A DNA stretch of 64,000 nt. Origin: the human T2T-CHM13v2.0 reference genome, Homo sapiens. The notes under the pieces were generated by a model that was not told where the DNA came from, searched no databases, and saw only the letters and a program-made list of their open reading frames with translations. Where the stretch lies: assembly GCF_009914755.1 (NCBI RefSeq), contig NC_060927.1. One strand, given 5' to 3'. The stretch's first letter is position 1. Each line of letters starts with the position of its first letter. Position numbers and translations under genes: made by a program. Positions 14,274-29,013 of the stretch are shown here, piece after piece.

Positions 14274-15857
14274 ATATAATCCTTTAATTAAAGTGCAAAA
14301 CTTGTATGTGAGTGAGTAACTAAACAGAACAAAACTGATATTTTTAAATAATTTACTTTGGAGAATGGAAGCATATACGATTCTCCAAACATAATCTAAA
14401 GCCTATTTTTCTTAGCATATGTATTATGTCTTAAAAATCTGACATCAAACCCACAGGAAATTTGAAAAATTGTGTGTCCTTCCTTCTGTATTCTTATATC
14501 TTGTGATTAAGTGATTTAGTTTAGTTCTTATGACCTAAGTTTATGAGCGTGTCTTTTGTTAGATAACCCTGCTCTTTTTCTTCCTGAGTTTCTTCCTGAT
14601 CATCTCAAGCAGGAATTACTTCTCTCTAAACCTTATTCCTTTCTTATTTCATTGGTGAGTCTGGATGAAGGTCATTGCTCATGCCTTGCCTAGAGCCTGG
14701 TTCTCTCTTAAGCCTGCAGCAAGTGTTGCATGCTCTCCCTGTAACTCTGGCCATTATGTCATAATCTCACCAGGACCAGGCCCTCCTGGTCCAATCTGCC
14801 AGGGAGGCCTGCACACCTCTAGCTGCTGTATCTGCGACTGGTTGGACACAATCAGTTCCAGAGGCCTGTTGTAGGAAGCCCCATTTTGGCCTTCAATCCA
14901 AATTACCTTTTCCAATTCAGTTTCACCACTAATAAAGATGATCACTCAAAGTTTCTGGGCCAATTTCAAAACTGAGTCAGAATTTGGAAGAGGTAATGAT
15001 GAGTGGTTAGGTTTTCTACAAATTGTGACATTAAAAAAATTTAGTACAGTTTATTTCTTGTGTTATATATTGCCAAGTCTTGTCATACAGCTAAATATCA
15101 ATACTCCATTTATCATCATTCATTACAATTATCTATGAGGACATCCTAAGGCCAAAGAAATCTATTAAATTGCCCAGGATAAGATATGTAAGTCATGGAT
15201 CAAGCCTTTGAACAGCTTCAATCTATTAAGACGTTTAAAATATATAAGTTGATAAAAAATAATACAAGATTTAAAAATAGTAAGTCAAAGAAAATATACA
15301 TATAATGCCATAGGGATATCACAAAGGGATTATAACTCCCTGCTGGGAAGGGCAAGAAGTCTTCTAGAGAGAGAGGACTTAGGATGGACCTTGAACGATT
15401 GGTAAGATTTAGTCATGCAGATAAAGGAATGATTTTTTTTTTAAGGCCTTCCACGTAGAGGGAAAAGTGAGTGTGCATGTGGGAAGGAAGGAAATATGGA
15501 GTTACTAGGATAATATTCATCTAGTGTAACTTGAGGAGCTGTGGCAGAATGGGTGGACATGAAGTGGGGAGCAGGAGACATAAGCCAAAAGGAAACTCTG
15601 GAGTAGCAGTGGAATAGTTATAAAAGCTAAAGAGCAGAGATGAGCTTCCTGCAGTGTTTGGTTTTCTAGCAAGTTCCAGTTCTCATGTCAGTGTTATTTC
15701 TCATTAAAGACAAAGCCCCAAGGATCTTATTAACTAATTCAACTTTGAAAACTGTGTAGCCCACTTTATTAATAAGAATAGATCAAGGGTGAGAAGAATA
15801 TTTAAGTGGCTCTCTGAGGCCATAGGATTTCTCCCTGACACTGGTTATCAACCCTAA

Positions 15858-16130
15858 CAGTCAGGATTGGCTGGGTTATGCTGCAGTAATAAACACCCCC
15901 AAAATTGCAGTGGCGTAGAAAAACAAAGAATTATTTTTTACTCACACTAAATGTTCCATTGAAGGTGAAGAGAGAGTTTCTGCCTGGCAGGGGAAGTTTG
16001 GAGAACTGAGTGTTAGCATTTAAATGTTTCTATTTGGAATTAATAAAGGTCACCTTAGCTAGCATTTCATGGACCAAAGCAAATTACTTGGGCATGACTA
16101 AATTCAAGAGGGCAAGGAGATACAAATCTT
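15858..16130 (-). mobile_element. Old MLT1 MaLR LTR fragment
   Basis: AGTCAGGATTGGCTGGGTTATGCTGCAGTAATAAACACCCCCAAAAT is a typical antisense end of older MLT1 LTRs. Confidence 0.65.
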
Positions 16131-16379
16131 TTCACGTCTGCTACAGTCTCCTCAGCTGGTTACCATAAGTATACATCCTCATTTTAGTACTACAATTCAA
16201 ACCCCTCTAAAATGTCTCCAAGAATAATTTCATTTCTTGACTGTTTAATTTAGGCCAGGCACTGGGCTGACCTTTTTAATATAAAATTTCTCTTTGAATT
16301 CCTATAAAAATTCTCTGATATTGGTTTTAGCAATTGGTTTTAGCTGGTCAACTCCTGACATTTGTGTTCTTCTTCACAG

Positions 16380-16571
16380 GATCTGCGAGGCTACCTGTGA
16401 ATGAATGGTTGGTTGGTCACTACTTGCAAGTTTTTCAGGAGCTCCTGAAAGATTACTGCATAAATAAGGGAAGATGGAGACCAGACCTCTGGCTACTGTT
16501 GCTGCCACCACTACAGATACCACCTTCACCCTTATGAACCCCCTATTTACTGAACATTCTCTATATGCCAG
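16380..16571 (+). other. Candidate non-coding exon
   Basis: Branch point CTGAC, pyrimidine tract and CAG|G acceptor; CAG|GTAACA donor; stop codons in all three frames. Confidence 0.3.
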
Positions 16572-16775
16572 GTAACATGCCCTGCACTTGTGAAATAAGG
16601 ACTGTTATTTCCCCTATTTTATAAAAGAGGAGCTGAGGCTCAGAGAGATTATGTTACTTGCCCAAGATCAGATAGCTAGTAAGTGGCAGAGATGAGATTC
16701 TGTCTGAGTCCAGCTTACACCATAACTGATATTCTTGACAATCGGGCTGGATAGAAAAGGATATGAGAATTTTGG

Positions 16776-17194
16776 TGCTATGATTTGAATTTTCCTTCCA
16801 AAGCTCATGTTGAAACTTAATCCCCAAAGTAACAGTACTGATAGGTGGGGTCTTTAACATGGAGTCCCAGAATTGGATCGTGAGGGCTCTGCCCTGATAA
16901 ATGAATTATTCCACTCATGATTAATGGATTAATAGATCATCATGGGAGTGGAACAGTGGCTTTATAAGAAGAGGAAGAGAGACCTGAGGTAGAACACTCA
17001 GCGCCCTTGCCATGTGATGCTCTGTACTGCCTTGGGACTCTGCAGAGTCTCTCTACCAGCAAGAAGGTCCTCACCAGATGCAGTCCCTTGACCTTGGCCT
17101 TCTTAGCTTCTACAACTGTCATAAATAATTTTTTCTTTATAAATTACCCAGTTTTGGGAGTTCTATTATAAGCAATAAAAACCAGTCAAATACA
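16776..17194 (+). mobile_element. MSTB-type MaLR solo LTR
   Basis: TGCTATGATTTGAAT...CTCATGTTGAAACTTAATCCCC...CTTTATAAGAAGAGGAAGAGAGACC...AAATTACCCAG...TACA. Confidence 0.85.
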
Positions 17195-17778
17195 TTGAGT
17201 TATAATTATGATGTTTAAGATGGAGGAAAATGAACATGGAAAACACTAGAGAAATGAATGCTAAACTAGAGCATAAGCATTGGGATTGTGAAAAAAAGAT
17301 ATTTGAAATATTTTAAAGATATGGAATTTAAAAGATTATGAAACAGATAAAGTATAAGAGAAAGAGAGAAAATGAAAAATGATCCCAAGATTGCAAACCC
17401 TTAGTATTGGTGAAACACTCATAGCTGGGGGAAAAAGTCAAAAGGAAGAGCTGGCTTGTGGGTACAGATGGAGAAATCCGGATTTATTGAACCTTTCTTT
17501 GCCAGCGGGGTATTTGTGTAAAAAGAGCTATTCATTTATTCTCATTCATTTAGCATGTAAAGAACACAGCTAGGCATTGGAAACACATAACAAAACCTAT
17601 TTCTGTACACATTTAGAAATGTGGATCTGAAAGATCAAGATTTTGGGTTTCATTCATTTATTTATTCAAACATGTGTTGAGGTCTTTCCAAAGTATGTGA
17701 TAAATTAAGCAGAAAGGACAGAGAAATTCATGAAAATAGGTATGATCATCAAGGAAAACAATAAAAAATGTAAGGTAA

Positions 17779-18310
<532 letters not shown>

Positions 18311-18699
18311 ATACGTTTATTCTTTTAAGAAGCGTGGTAAAAGGGAGAGAGAAGAAGGGCAGTCCTGTAGAGGTCAGAGGGACATAGGGAGGTCTTTTTT
18401 CAGGGTAAGCAAGCTTACAAATGGGCCAGTGAGAGAGAGGCATTCTAGATGAAGCAGGATTGTGGGAGGTGGGTATTTTGCTGGAATAAGATGCTGGGGT
18501 AGGTGGAGGGAAATGGGGGCAGGGATGTGGGAGGGAGGGATTTTGTATTTATACAAAAACAAAATATGCTTATGGGTGGCTTTACCAGCAGGCTCCTCAG
18601 CTAAAGGGAAGCAGCAGTAGAAACAGGAAGGATTCAGGGCTGGGGATGGGAATCATGACAGTGGCTGGAGGAAAGAGTGGTGAAGACTCCAGGGCTAGC

Positions 18700-19148
18700 A
18701 TACTACTTTCCTAGTGGCTGCCTTAACAAAGTGCCGCAAATGGGGTGGCTTCAACAGAAATTCATTCTTTCACATTTTGGGGGCCAGAAGTCTGAAATCA
18801 GTTTGTCAAAAGGCCCATGCTCCCTTTGAAGATTCTAGGGGAGGATCGTTTCTTGCCTTTTTCAAGCTTCCGGTAGTTGCTGGAGATCTTTAGCATTCCT
18901 CAGTTTATGGCAGCATAACTCCAGTCTCTCTCTGTTTACACATGGTGTTCTTCCCTGTATGTCAGTTTGTGGCTCTGGATCTCTCTTTTTCCTTATAAGA
19001 ACGTGGGTCATTGGATTTAGGGCCCACCCTAATCCAATATAACCTCATTTTAACTCGATCGTAACTGCAAAGCTCTATTTGAAAATAAGGTCACATTCTG
19101 AGGTTCTGGGTTAACATGAGGTTTTGAGATCACTACTCAACCTAGTGC
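18700..19148 (-). mobile_element. MLT1B/C-type MaLR LTR
   Basis: GGCTGCCTTAACAAAGTGCC...GGCCAGAAGTCTGAAATCA...GGATTTAGGGCCCACCCTAATCC...AAGGTCACATTCTGAGGT. Confidence 0.8.
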
Positions 19149-19521
19149 TGCTGGTAAGAGCACCTTTGACATGATGAGTGTAGAGTGCTGCCAGGGCAGT
19201 CAAGAAGGGACAAGGGTGATGATGAATAGTAAAAACCTAGAGGCCTTAGAGAGCCAAAGGAGGGTTGGAGGTTGGGAGAGAAAAGTGGGAGTAGGTGGCC
19301 TTTATGCAGAGAAGGAAATTTCAGAACTGCAGACTTTGGGGTTTAGGTACTATGTCAGAGGTAGAGAGCACAGGACTTAAGTTCTTCATGGGTTCCCATA
19401 ATCCCCTATCTGACTTAATGGAAAGATAACGTGTAAAGACCAACTCTTTGTGAAGAAGAAACAAATCCGGTCAGAATGTTCACCTGTGTGCTAACCACTC
19501 CGCTCCTGTAACAGATACCCA

Positions 19522-19690
19522 TCTGTTTATTCATTCACCATTCATTTACTGAGTGCCAACCCCATATCATAAATTGTTCTAGGTTCTGGGGATACAGCAG
19601 TAAGACAAACAAACAAAAACAAATGCCTTTGTCCCTGCCCTTATAAAGACTGTATTCTTTAAGGGACAAGGCAATAAACAAACGCATAAA
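19522..19690 (-). mobile_element. L2 3' end
   Basis: TTATTCATTCACCATTCATTTACTGAGTGCC...TGTTCTAGGTTCTGGGGATACAGCAG. Confidence 0.75.
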
Positions 19691-21199
19691 TATACAAATA
19701 CAAAATATGTCTTGTGTCCTCTCATGGAGGACACATACCACCATGCCAAGACTTTGCCTCCTCCTTAATTTTGTGCATATGGATAAGCACTTGTCTTTGT
19801 AAAGTAGTGGATTTTGATAAATCTTTGTGCAATTCTTCTCTATGTCCAGAGAGAGTTGAAGTATGGCTTGGTACCATAATGAATAAATTAAGAAATCTTT
19901 CAGAAATATTCATGCATGTAGAGCTGAGAAAGTAAGACAAAGTGAAATAGGACCTTGGAACTTTTCTTGAGTCTTAGGTCAGCTTTTTTCGGACTGGATT
20001 GGAGCATGAAAATAACAAGAGGTATGTTTGAGTGTAATAAATAATTATCTTTTTTTTTTTGGCCAGTTAACCCTTTCTGAGTTTACTGGGGGTAAAGCAG
20101 ATATAAAATTACACCACAAATGCTGAGCACTCATAGGGGCCTGGCATGTGACATAGCCTCAAACAATCAGAAGCTACCATGCATGGTTTGGTTGTTGTTT
20201 CACAATCAAGTTCTGAGAGCAAAAAGAGCAGCAGCACAAATGTCATCATAATCAGTGGTGATGCCAGTTCTCTCCTCTGACCAAGGTTCTAGTGTGGATC
20301 TGGGTGCTATGTTGGTCACTTGGCCTATTTCAATAATTCCGTGACTTCCCACGTGTTAGCCTTTTCAAATAAATTCTCTATCTGCCTTAATCTTTACACT
20401 GTCTACTTCAGCGGCTAGTATCTCTAAGAATGCTAACTGATATATTGAGTTTCTAGGGATATTTTTCTGCTTTTTTGTTTTGTTATTCTTTCAGATAGTT
20501 TTTGAGCATTTATTATATGCTAGGTCCTTTGATGAGCATTGGGAATATGTAGTAAATAAGGCATACCCAGTCCTAGTCCTCAGCTAATTCATTGTTTTGG
20601 GCAGAAGACAGTCAAGTGAGCAAGCAGTTACAATAAGATGAACCATGTGACATGATAGCACCAGAGAGCACAGAAACTAGTCTGCTGGTCTCCATCCTAA
20701 TCTATACTTGGTGGCCAAATAGGCAGGGGAGCCCAATTAGATGCTTGGGGTTAGAGAAAGCTGGATCCATATCATGAAGAAAAAAAAAAAAAACTGGCAG
20801 GAACTAGGTGGAGTGGGAAGTGTCTTAGCCTAGCAAAGAATTGAAGAGGGACTCTGAGCCATATTGGAAGCTTAGGCAGATAAGTTATGTGTTCCAAATC
20901 AGTGAGCATTGAGATGTAGACTCATTCCAGATCCCTTTTTGGATGGGGCAGAAATCCCTAATAGCCTGTCAGATGCGGGTTGTATTAGTGCTAGTACTAA
21001 GTGAAATTAAGTCATCTAGTAGTCTGTTTTCACTCTAACACTTGAGTTTGTCAAATACTACCACTAGTAGTAATGTGTGTTTACATTTATTGACCACTGA
21101 CTATATGTCAAGGTCAAATATATGTTATTTCATTTAATCTTCTGGGATTTTAAGATAGAATCTATTCCTATGGTGATAGAGATACAATAACTGTGTCTT

Positions 21200-21640
21200 A
21201 ACTGTGTCTATATGCTTAACCTGTCTTCCATATTCCTGGGCAAAACTACATTTCCCAGCCTCCCTTGCAGTTGTATAGTCATGTGACTATGTTCATTCTA
21301 ATAGAAAATGAATGGAAGTGATATGTTTGGTGCCAAGGTTGATGCCATAAGACTATAGGCAGGTCTCTTTGATGTTCTGTCCCCCTTTCAGCAAGCTAGA
21401 ACCCATGGAAATCCAGCCTGTTTGAACCTAGAAGATAAAAATGAATTTCAAGGGGATAGCAGAGTAATATCGTGGAATGAAGGATCTCCGAGTGATTGCA
21501 TTGAATAGAGCCACCCACTAATCTGCAATGTTCCCTTCAGACACTTAGATGTGGAAAATACAAATTTCTCTGTTAGTTAAGCCACTGGGTAAATGTCATG
21601 AGGTCTTCGTATTATAAAGCCTATCTTTAGCCTAAATTAA
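21200..21640 (+). mobile_element. LTR16-family (ERVL) LTR
   Basis: ACTACATTTCCCAGCCTCCCTTGCAGTT...CATGTGACT motif. Confidence 0.6.
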
Positions 21641-24511
21641 TCTCCTGCCTATATTTCATATATAACAAGTGTCATTGTTGTGATGTTGTGAACAATGACA
21701 GATGAGGAAACCTGGCCCAAAGACAGATGGAGTCATTCTTCTGAGATCACACACTTAGCAAACATAAGAGACTGCATGTCTCCAGATTTAGAGCCCTGTG
21801 CTCATGGTCTCTAAGACTGGCCGACTCACAAAGGGCAGTAGGACAAACTGCATGGGCTAACTGTCGCAGTGTTTGGCTTTTGAGAGAAATGCCAAGGAGG
21901 CCAGAGACACACTTTGTTTACAGTATTGCCTTACCTGGAGAAGACATAGTTTTCTGTACATGGTCAAGAGTCTAAGTAAAAGGGGAAAAAATGTTTGAAA
22001 GTGTTCTTGTGAAAAACTGGGAGAGGGCTCATACTAAGAACATGTGCCGTTTGTTGAGCAGAACAAACAAACAGACTTTTGGCAAAGAGATTTACTTCAG
22101 AGAAGAAAAGAAGTGCCTGTGGTGGTGGAAAAGGGATGCAGACGCTGACACACAGATGGGAGAGCAAGATGCTTGCACCAGCTGTGCACTAAGGAAACTT
22201 ATCGCAGCTATCAATTTTCTATTTTTGTTTCCATAATTTATCAGTTAGACTTATCACACTGAGAGTGCCTCATAATAGACTCTAGTTTTGAAAATGCAAG
22301 GACCAGTGTTAGCAAATGTTCTTCAAGCACACACGGGCTCACATGTGATCTGTAGAGAGAAACCTCACAAAGGGCACGAATCAGTTCTGCGTGTTCTGTG
22401 CATCTGTGGGTCCCCATTACCTTGGCTTCGAATTATGCCTGTTCATGATGAACAGGTGTTTGAAATAAAATCAAGGGGAAAACCACTATGAATTCAGCCC
22501 CTCTAAAGTCATTGCAAGAATATCTAAAATTACTCTTCTTAGACAAATTGCTCCCACAAGCCCAGATGATTTTTTATCTCAAGGGTGCACAGGGGATACT
22601 AAATCTTCTTGCCGACACAAACTCGTTTTCAGACGGGCCAGGGATTCCATTCATCATGCATGCAGGTCTCAGGATGCTGCATACTACATTAAAGGTTAAA
22701 CCCGAGAAAGTTGAGGCGATGTTGCCTTGGCCTAGCATGGGGTGACCATGTCAGTAGACACCGGGGGTGCTTTTCCATTTAGCAATGCAGAAGGATGGGT
22801 AAGCTCATTATTGGATTAAATAGAAAAGCACAGAAGTTGAGTGAAAACATTCAAAGTCATTTGTGTAAACAATCTTCCAAGATGAAGAGATTAAAGGATT
22901 TAAGGGATAGTGAGTTCCAAAGGAGTGTGTGTGCGTATATATTATACACACACATATATATATACGTACATGTATCTGTATATATACACACACATAATTT
23001 TAAAATAAAAAGTGAGAGCTATGCAAGCAGTTTTGATGACTTAAAATTGTAGAAACCTTTTTCAATGGCTTCTGAACTAAATGTGTAACTTAATAAATAT
23101 ATTTCTTAGTGCCAGATACCAGCATCTGGCACCTGTTGAGGCTGAAATCAAGTTTACTTTGTGGAATGGAGTTTTCTTTGGAGCCAAGGGAATTCTCTCT
23201 GAAAGAAAATCTTTCTTAGTTCTTCATAAATATGCCAACAGAGTTTTCTGCTGGACCAAGGAGAGCAGAGGAAGGCAGACCTCAAGGAAGAAAGCCAAGT
23301 TCACTCATTAGCAACTTCATCAACACTTTTTTTCAACTGGCAAATTTAGGGCTAATGTTTTGTCACAAAAGATTTTAGAGCTGTGCTTTTTCTCCCCCTC
23401 TTCAATTAGAGCCTGTGTCATTGGTCTTAGCCTTCAGGTGATTGGATCAGAGAATGTAATCAACTGCTCAAACCTGGCTTTAGTCAAATCTAGACAAAAT
23501 AAATTACAGGATAGAGATATCATCTTAGATTACCTTTCAAAAATTGACACTCAAGACAGAGGAGATTAGAATTTTATCTACCAAATTAGTTGCATTCATC
23601 TCTTGAACTGAGGCTGCCAAAATGTCAGAAATCAAACCAATCACAGCCAAGAAATATTGAAAGAAGTGAAACCCAAGGGGAAATGAAAATGCATTTAGCC
23701 GAAGGAGGCAAGTACAAATAATGGAAACAGATATCATTTAGTTAATTCCTAGTAGGGAATTGCTTCTTTGCCAGGATGCTAGTTAAATGCACATTTGTGT
23801 CAAGTTGGAACAGCTAAAAGATTCTGAATTCAGGACTACTAAATCCTCAGTCCATTTGCTGTGGACAAAATGCAATTTTAGTGCAGGGTCAGAATCTTTA
23901 AGCTGTGATTCGTCTCTTACTTCTACCCAAGGAAGGCACTAGACAGGGTTACAATTTTTATCTGTGTACTAAAAAGTATACAGGAAAGAAATTTGAACTC
24001 AAGAAAATGGATGAGAGAGTGGTTTATCATCTGGGCTCTTGAATCAAGCTAGCTAAATCCAGGAGATTCTAAACTCTTCTTTAATTCTTATTTTTAATTC
24101 TTAGACATGAATTTTAGAAAATGTAGCACTCTACCGCAGTGGAGTTATTAATTATGTCTTGATAAAATTATATTAAACCTTTTACTTATTTCTAGACACA
24201 AGAACCATTGATTGGTATTCCATTTATTGACCTTCTTGCCTAAATTGGAGCCACTTAATTGGCTTGAAACAGATATGGCCTGGACACAAAAAATGATGAT
24301 TGTGATTAAGTTCTGTTGGCCACAAGATTCAGTGTGGACCGGAGCAATATTTGGTGACTCTGGGCCATTTCCTAGACGACATCCACAGACACAGCAAAGA
24401 GAAAATGCTGGGAGTTCAAGGAAGGGAAATTCAATAAAAGAATGAGAAATTCAATAAAAGAATGAAACCAAAGAGTCATGTGTGAGGAATAAACCAGTTT
24501 CACTGAACTAG

Positions 24512-24935
24512 TGCATTTATCTGCTAGGGCTGCTATAGCAAACTGGCTTCAACTGGGTGATTTAAACAACTGAGAGTTATTGTCTCAGAGTTCCGGAGGC
24601 TGGAAGTCCAAGATCAGGGTGTTGGCAGGGTTGGTTCTTTCTCAGGGCTATGAAAGAAGGACCCATTTCAGGCCCCTCTTCTGGCTTGTAGATGGCTGTC
24701 TTCTCCCTATATCTCTTAATATCATTTTCCCTTTATGCAAATCTCTGTGTCTAGACTTCCTTTCTTTATAAGGACACCAGTCATATTGGCTTAGGTTCCC
24801 TCCACCAATCACTTCATTTCAATTTGATTACATCTATAAAGATTCTATCTGCAAATAAGATCACACATTCTGAGGTACTGGGGGTTAGAACTTCACCATA
24901 TGAATGTGGGGGGACACAATGCAACTGACAGCCAC
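24512..24935 (-). mobile_element. MLT1B-like MaLR LTR
   Basis: CTAGGGCTGCTATAGCAAA...GGAGGCTGGAAGTCCAAGATCAGGGTG...TATAAGGACACCAGTCATATTGG...GAGGTACTGGGGGTTAG. Confidence 0.85.
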
Positions 24936-26500
24936 AATTAACACACTTACTGTTCTTTTTCCCTTCACATGTGGTCTCAAGTGTTCAGAACAATCTGCAA
25001 AGCTGATGTCATTGTTTTCATTTAAGGCTCAGAGAACAAAAGGAAATTGCTCCAAGTCACTGAGCTAATAAGTAGAAGAGTTAGAATCTGAACTCAGGTC
25101 TTAATGGTTTTGAAACCATGGTCTTTCCACTCTGTTATTATTCAAGCAATGTTTATTGAGCACCACAGAGTATCAGACATTATATTAGGTATTAAGAAAT
25201 TCAGAGATCAAGAAAATCCTTCACCTTATCTTTGAAAACTGCACATTCTCATTAGGAAACATCTTACTCCAGGAAAGCTCTAGAAATAATGCAATTCTTC
25301 CATAAAGCATATAGTCATAAAGCATGCATGTAAACCACACAGGGCATTTTAGGTGTGACAAGATGTTTGATGTTTTAGGTATCTTTCCCATTGCTAAGAA
25401 ATGGTTAGAAACAGTAGAAACCCATTGGAACAAATAGAAATTCCAGTGTGGGATTACACAATTGGCAAAACTGGCAGGCATATGTTTATTAGACTTGTAA
25501 AACTTGAATACCAGAGAAAAGATAAACATTTAGTTTTGATGTACTTATCCAAAATTTTACCATCAGAAAATCTAGAATTAATCTATTTTTAATTTCAGTC
25601 TATAAGAATGTATTGCATTTCATGGTGCAGTATTTTTTAATGTATTGCTTTGTTGTTTATGGCCTCAAACACTCAGATAGTCAAAAGCTCTGGGGAACTC
25701 CTTCTCTCCTTCCATTTTTATTTCCAAATGCCAAAGTCATAGAGGCTGAGTGAGGATTGTTTTCATGAATAGATGCAATGAATTAGAAACAATGAATTGA
25801 GAACAATGACTTACATCTAGTGACTTTTTCATTCTTTTCTTTCATGAAACAAACCACTGTGTATAGTATCACATTTATTCTTTCATGTTATTAAATTTCT
25901 TGTCAAAATCTTACTTAAACCACAGAGACAAAGATGGATTCTCCCTCTGTGACTCTGAGCAGTTAAATTTACTTCTCTGACACACTGCAAGTTGATTTAG
26001 AGCTAATCTGCCTGCTTTTTATTGGTTTCGTGTAAAACATTGCTTTCCTTGGTTTTTCTTTCGCTCTGGATTGTCTTATAGAAATATGTAATTTCAGTTT
26101 ATACTATGTGAAATTAGTCTCCCTGAGAAAAATCCAGGAAAAATTTTATAACCAAAGAAAAGCATACATTATTCATACACTTTGAATTTCCCCCATGTAA
26201 CAACAGGCAGGAATGCTGACAATCTGAGGGGAGAGGGGTGATAATCAATACTTAGAAAATAACACTAATAGAAAGTAAAAACCATGCTTCAGACCCAGTT
26301 AGCAACATGACAAACTGCTGCATCCACTATTTGTCTGTGCTTAAGTCTGGCCTTACATTACAATGGCCAGAAACATTCGACTTAGATCTGTGATACCATA
26401 CTGAATATTTCTATTTATGTTGTTAATGAATAGATTAATTGTGGACATGTAGGAATAAAAGAAAAGAAACCATCAATAATCTTAGAAAACCAGAATAGGT

Positions 26501-26821
<321 letters not shown>

Positions 26822-27569
26822 TTACTAAGAACCAGTCCCACAAATGAATTTCATTTTCTGACATTTGCTAAGTTTGAAATGTGGGCCAATTATAGTCTAT
26901 TTCAGTGAAGGCTTAGTTCTAGGTTTTCAAGATATCCATTTGAAGAAATTTGGATAGGGTGGTAGTATAGTTAGATATACTGCCACTTCTTTGGCCAACC
27001 AGACTTCAACTATTATTATTTAAATTAAATTACTGAATTTAAGTAATTAATTAACTAATGTTAATTTAGAAACATTCTAGGTGGTGTGATCACACAATCT
27101 GAAGGTAGTTTCTTTTTGTTCAAAATTTTTTGATTTCAATGAATATTTATAGATGTCCTACCATGTGTCAGGTGCTTAGGGTAGGCATTGGGGATGCCAT
27201 AGGTATTAAGACATGGTCTCACCTTCAAGATACTTGCAGTTCATTGTGAGAAACCAAAGAAAGTAGAACATGCTAACGATAGGAAGGGATACATACTATA
27301 CTATAGCGTGCATACTATGACAGGATTAGTGTTCTATAGGGTGTGTAGGGTCACCAAAGAGAGAGAGAAAGTAATAGAAGCTTAAGGAAGCTGTATGGAG
27401 AAAATGCTGTCTTGAATGAGAGAGAAAAGGTAACTAAAACAGAACCAGGTAAACTGCAAGGGTGACTGTGGAAGAATGTGACTCCTGGGAGAAAAAAATA
27501 CATCAATGATTTGGATCGAGATGGAAGCGACCAGTATACTGGACACTGATGTTGCCTTGCTGATATTCA

Positions 27570-28105
27570 TTGCATACCAACTTCGTTGTGAAAGACTAAG
27601 TGGTCTAGATGCTGATACCATTCCCAGGCATTGGACTTGATTAGTTAAAACCATCATAACCATCCTATAATCCTTGCCAATGATTGGTTTGGAATCCAGG
27701 CTTATGTCATTCAGTTCATAGCACTTCCCTGACATCAGGGTTTGAGAGGAGGTGGCCCCATGGGAAACAATGAGATATTTTCTTGGAGCTTCTGGGAAAT
27801 TGTCACTAGAATAGAAGGTACATCATCTCTTATACATAAGCATGGAAGTGTATAGCCCCAATTGCTATAGCAGGCACCCATGACTATAAGGAAGAACAGC
27901 CGTAGGATGCCGCTGACACTGTTGCTGAAGGAAGAGTAGAAAACCCCTGAGTCCTGGATAACATATTATAACACAGATCAAACATCCATCTCCAAAGCAA
28001 GGTCTACCCCAGCACTTCTGGTAATAAGCTGATAGTCTCCTTTTCCGTTTAAACAAATTTGACTTGCCCTTCTTTTTCTTGCAGCTAAAACATCTTAAAT
28101 GATAA
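27570..28105 (+). mobile_element. Old MLT1 (J/K-like) LTR
   Basis: CCTTGCCAATGATTGGTTT...CAATGAGA...GCTTCTGGGAAA...CTTGCAGCTAAAACATCTTAAATGATA. Confidence 0.6.
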
Positions 28106-28757
28106 TGCCTGGTCATCACATTAACAGATAATTTAAAATTGTAAAATTAGAAAAGATAGCAAATAACTTAGATAAAAATGATAGGATTCAAAGAGAGTTT
28201 ATTGGGCTACACTATATATATATGTATAATATTTAAAATCATATCCCCAAAATGGCATAAAGAAAAGTCAGATGCTATTGCAGTTTGTGTGAAGAATACT
28301 CCGGGATATTGTGGCACTATCTGTTTGACACAAATTACTTATATGTCATTCATACCAAATATGCAACCTGGGTTGAGTTAGCATAATACCTTCAGGTCTG
28401 CAGAAGTCACAGTCCATTTCATCTCATTTGCTGTTTGTACCACATGTAGTATCCACATTCTTCGAACCATTTTTAAAAAGGTTCACTGATAAACTAGGGC
28501 ACTAGAGAAAAGTCAAGTCTAGAAATGAAGTTATTAAAAGATGCTTGAGGGGACAGTAAATGATTAGCACAGGAATTACAAACAATGGTACATAAGCCAT
28601 TCCTCCCATCTCCTGTCTGCACAGCAGACACGATCCTTCAATCACAAGATTCTTTGCCCCTGTATCTGGATGCACTTTTGACATTTTTCACGAAATTGGC
28701 ATATGAGATAAACTTATTTACCACTCCTGATTTACCTAGAAAGGAAGTAGCTTAAAG

Positions 28758-28966
28758 CAGAGGGTTGCAAACTCACATGCCTTCAGGCACCAGGCATGAA
28801 CTTAATGAAGAAACTCATTGGGTATAAACTAAGGTGTGGTGGAAACTGGAGTAGAAAATGCTTGGTGTGAAGGCATTCATGCTCAATGCCTAAAAAAGGA
28901 GTTCAGTCTAAATAACACCTGTCTGCAAGCCCATTCCAGTCCTTAGATGGTTTGTAACCTCTGACC
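28758..28966. mobile_element. hAT-Charlie MITE (MER102-like)
   Basis: Termini CAGAGGGTTGCAAAC and GTTTGTAACCTCTG form a terminal inverted repeat. Confidence 0.55.
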
Positions 28967-29013
28967 TAGGCAACCGAAAGAAAAAATTCTTCAAATATTT
29001 GAAAGGCTGAACA

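Noticed and set aside
14665-14945. PGPGPPGP collagen-like peptide and short GGACCAGG/CCTGGTCC hairpin
   Set aside because: Only about two Gly-X-Y units, no exon context, and an 8 bp stem is expected by chance.
22754-22772. CTCF-like GACACCGGGGGTGC; similar weak matches near 37268 and 63862
   Set aside because: Several mismatches at high-information core positions.
24426-24465. Short tandem duplications (20 bp here; others near 16321, 21189, 25776, 47143)
   Set aside because: Real but ordinary slippage products with no further structure.
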